Assembly (NCBI GenBank): GCA_018985225.1
Contig: JADGIF010000542.1
Span: forward strand, 1-6,876
Reading direction: 5' to 3'
Source of the DNA: Amoeboradix gromovi X-113
Lineage: Eukaryota; Fungi; Sanchytriomycota
Length of the DNA stretch: 6,876 nt
Below are positions 5,998 to 6,876 of the stretch, piece after piece. Numbering within the stretch: position 1 is the stretch's first letter; every line of letters begins with the position of its first letter. Under the pieces are notes generated by a model, which was given only the letters and a program-made list of their open reading frames with translations, was not told the origin of the DNA and ran no database searches. A program made the translations under genes and the position numbers.

Positions 5998-6783
5998 ATG
6001 TCAACTACAGGTGAACAACCGAGTGAACAAACACCTATCGTAGCACCTACTGAAGCTGCAGGAAAACCACAACATAAACGTGGAGGACAACGCCCTAGAA
6101 GACAAAAAGAAAAGGAAGAATGGATTCCAGTAACCAAGTTGGGTAGATTGGTCAAAGCAGGTATTATTACAAACTTGGAACAAATTTATTTATTTTCTCT
6201 CCCAGTTAAAGAGTACCAAATTGTTGACCACTTCCTACCAAATCTAAAAGACGAGGTAATGAACATTCAGCCGGTTCAAAAACAAACTCGTGCTGGTCAA
6301 CGTACTAGGTTTAAGGCAGTTGTGCTAATTGGTGACTCTGACGGTCATGTTGGATTAGGCGTAAAGACTAGTAAAGAAGTTGCTGATAGTATCAGAGCTG
6401 CTATCATTTTGGCTAAGTTATCTGTCATCCCGGTTCGAAGAGGTTACTGGGGCACCAACTTGGGTGATCCTCATACTGTGCCATGTAAGGTCTCCGGAAA
6501 GTGTGCGTCTGCATGTGTTAAGTTCACTCCGGCACCAAAAGGAACGTCTTTAGTTGCTGCTCCTGCTATAAAGAAGTTGCTGCAGTTAGCTGGTATTAGC
6601 GATTGTTATACTGGATCTAAAGGATGCACCAGAACTATAGCCAATTTCTTGAAGGCTGGATTTTCTGCCATTTCAAAGACATACGGGTTTCTTACTCCAT
6701 CTCTATGGCCTGAAACCAAATATCTAGCTTTACCAACTGCCGAACATGCCGAATTCTTAGCAAAAAATGCGAAGAAGCATTAA
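5998..6783 (+). CDS. RPS2: 40S ribosomal protein S2 (uS5), 261 aa
   Basis: [50 protein letters not shown] and [10 protein letters not shown] are all present. The first in-frame ATG is at 5998; the TTG start in the ORF track is not appropriate for a eukaryote. Confidence 0.97.
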   Translation: MSTTGEQPSEQTPIVAPTEAAGKPQHKRGGQRPRRQKEKEEWIPVTKLGRLVKAGIITNLEQIYLFSLPVKEYQIVDHFLPNLKDEVMNIQPVQKQTRAGQRTRFKAVVLIGDSDGHVGLGVKTSKEVADSIRAAIILAKLSVIPVRRGYWGTNLGDPHTVPCKVSGKCASACVKFTPAPKGTSLVAAPAIKKLLQLAGISDCYTGSKGCTRTIANFLKAGFSAISKTYGFLTPSLWPETKYLALPTAEHAEFLAKNAKKH

Positions 6784-6788
6784 ATAAA
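6783..6788 (+). terminator. Polyadenylation signal overlapping the RPS2 stop codon
   Basis: TAAATAAA. The same arrangement occurs at 5899-5904 (TGAATAAA) and 4134-4139. Confidence 0.6.
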
Positions 6789-6876
6789 CACGTTGAGAAA
6801 TTTCTACTTTATCAAGCTTTGATTCAAACTCTTTCTACACTTGCCATCAAACTCGTAGCATCGAAAAGACTCGTTC

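Noticed and set aside
6001-6183. Antisense 60-aa ORF
   Set aside because: Shadow of RPS2.

Overview
AT-rich eukaryotic DNA from a very compact, intron-poor genome. It looks like an early-diverging fungal or opisthosporidian lineage, which is an inference. The right part (2297-6783) holds four tightly packed intact genes: a DBP6/DDX51-like DEAD-box helicase (-), a small C2H2/C2HC zinc-finger protein, a CKK-domain (CAMSAP/Patronin-like) protein and 40S ribosomal protein uS5/RPS2. The left part (1-2290) is an accessory zone that the ORF track does not explain. It contains a ~600-bp element bounded by 31-bp terminal inverted repeats (1018-1622). This element carries a frameshifted C-terminal remnant of a TnpB/Fanzor-type RNA-guided nuclease (YTSKKCSVC...CTFC...ERDAGSSTFI). 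The 3' end of a second copy lies at 1-77. Between the two copies are an intact orphan secreted-type ORF and a decayed CCCH zinc-finger gene, and a decayed LRR gene follows the element. All homology calls come from manual motif reading; no searches were run.
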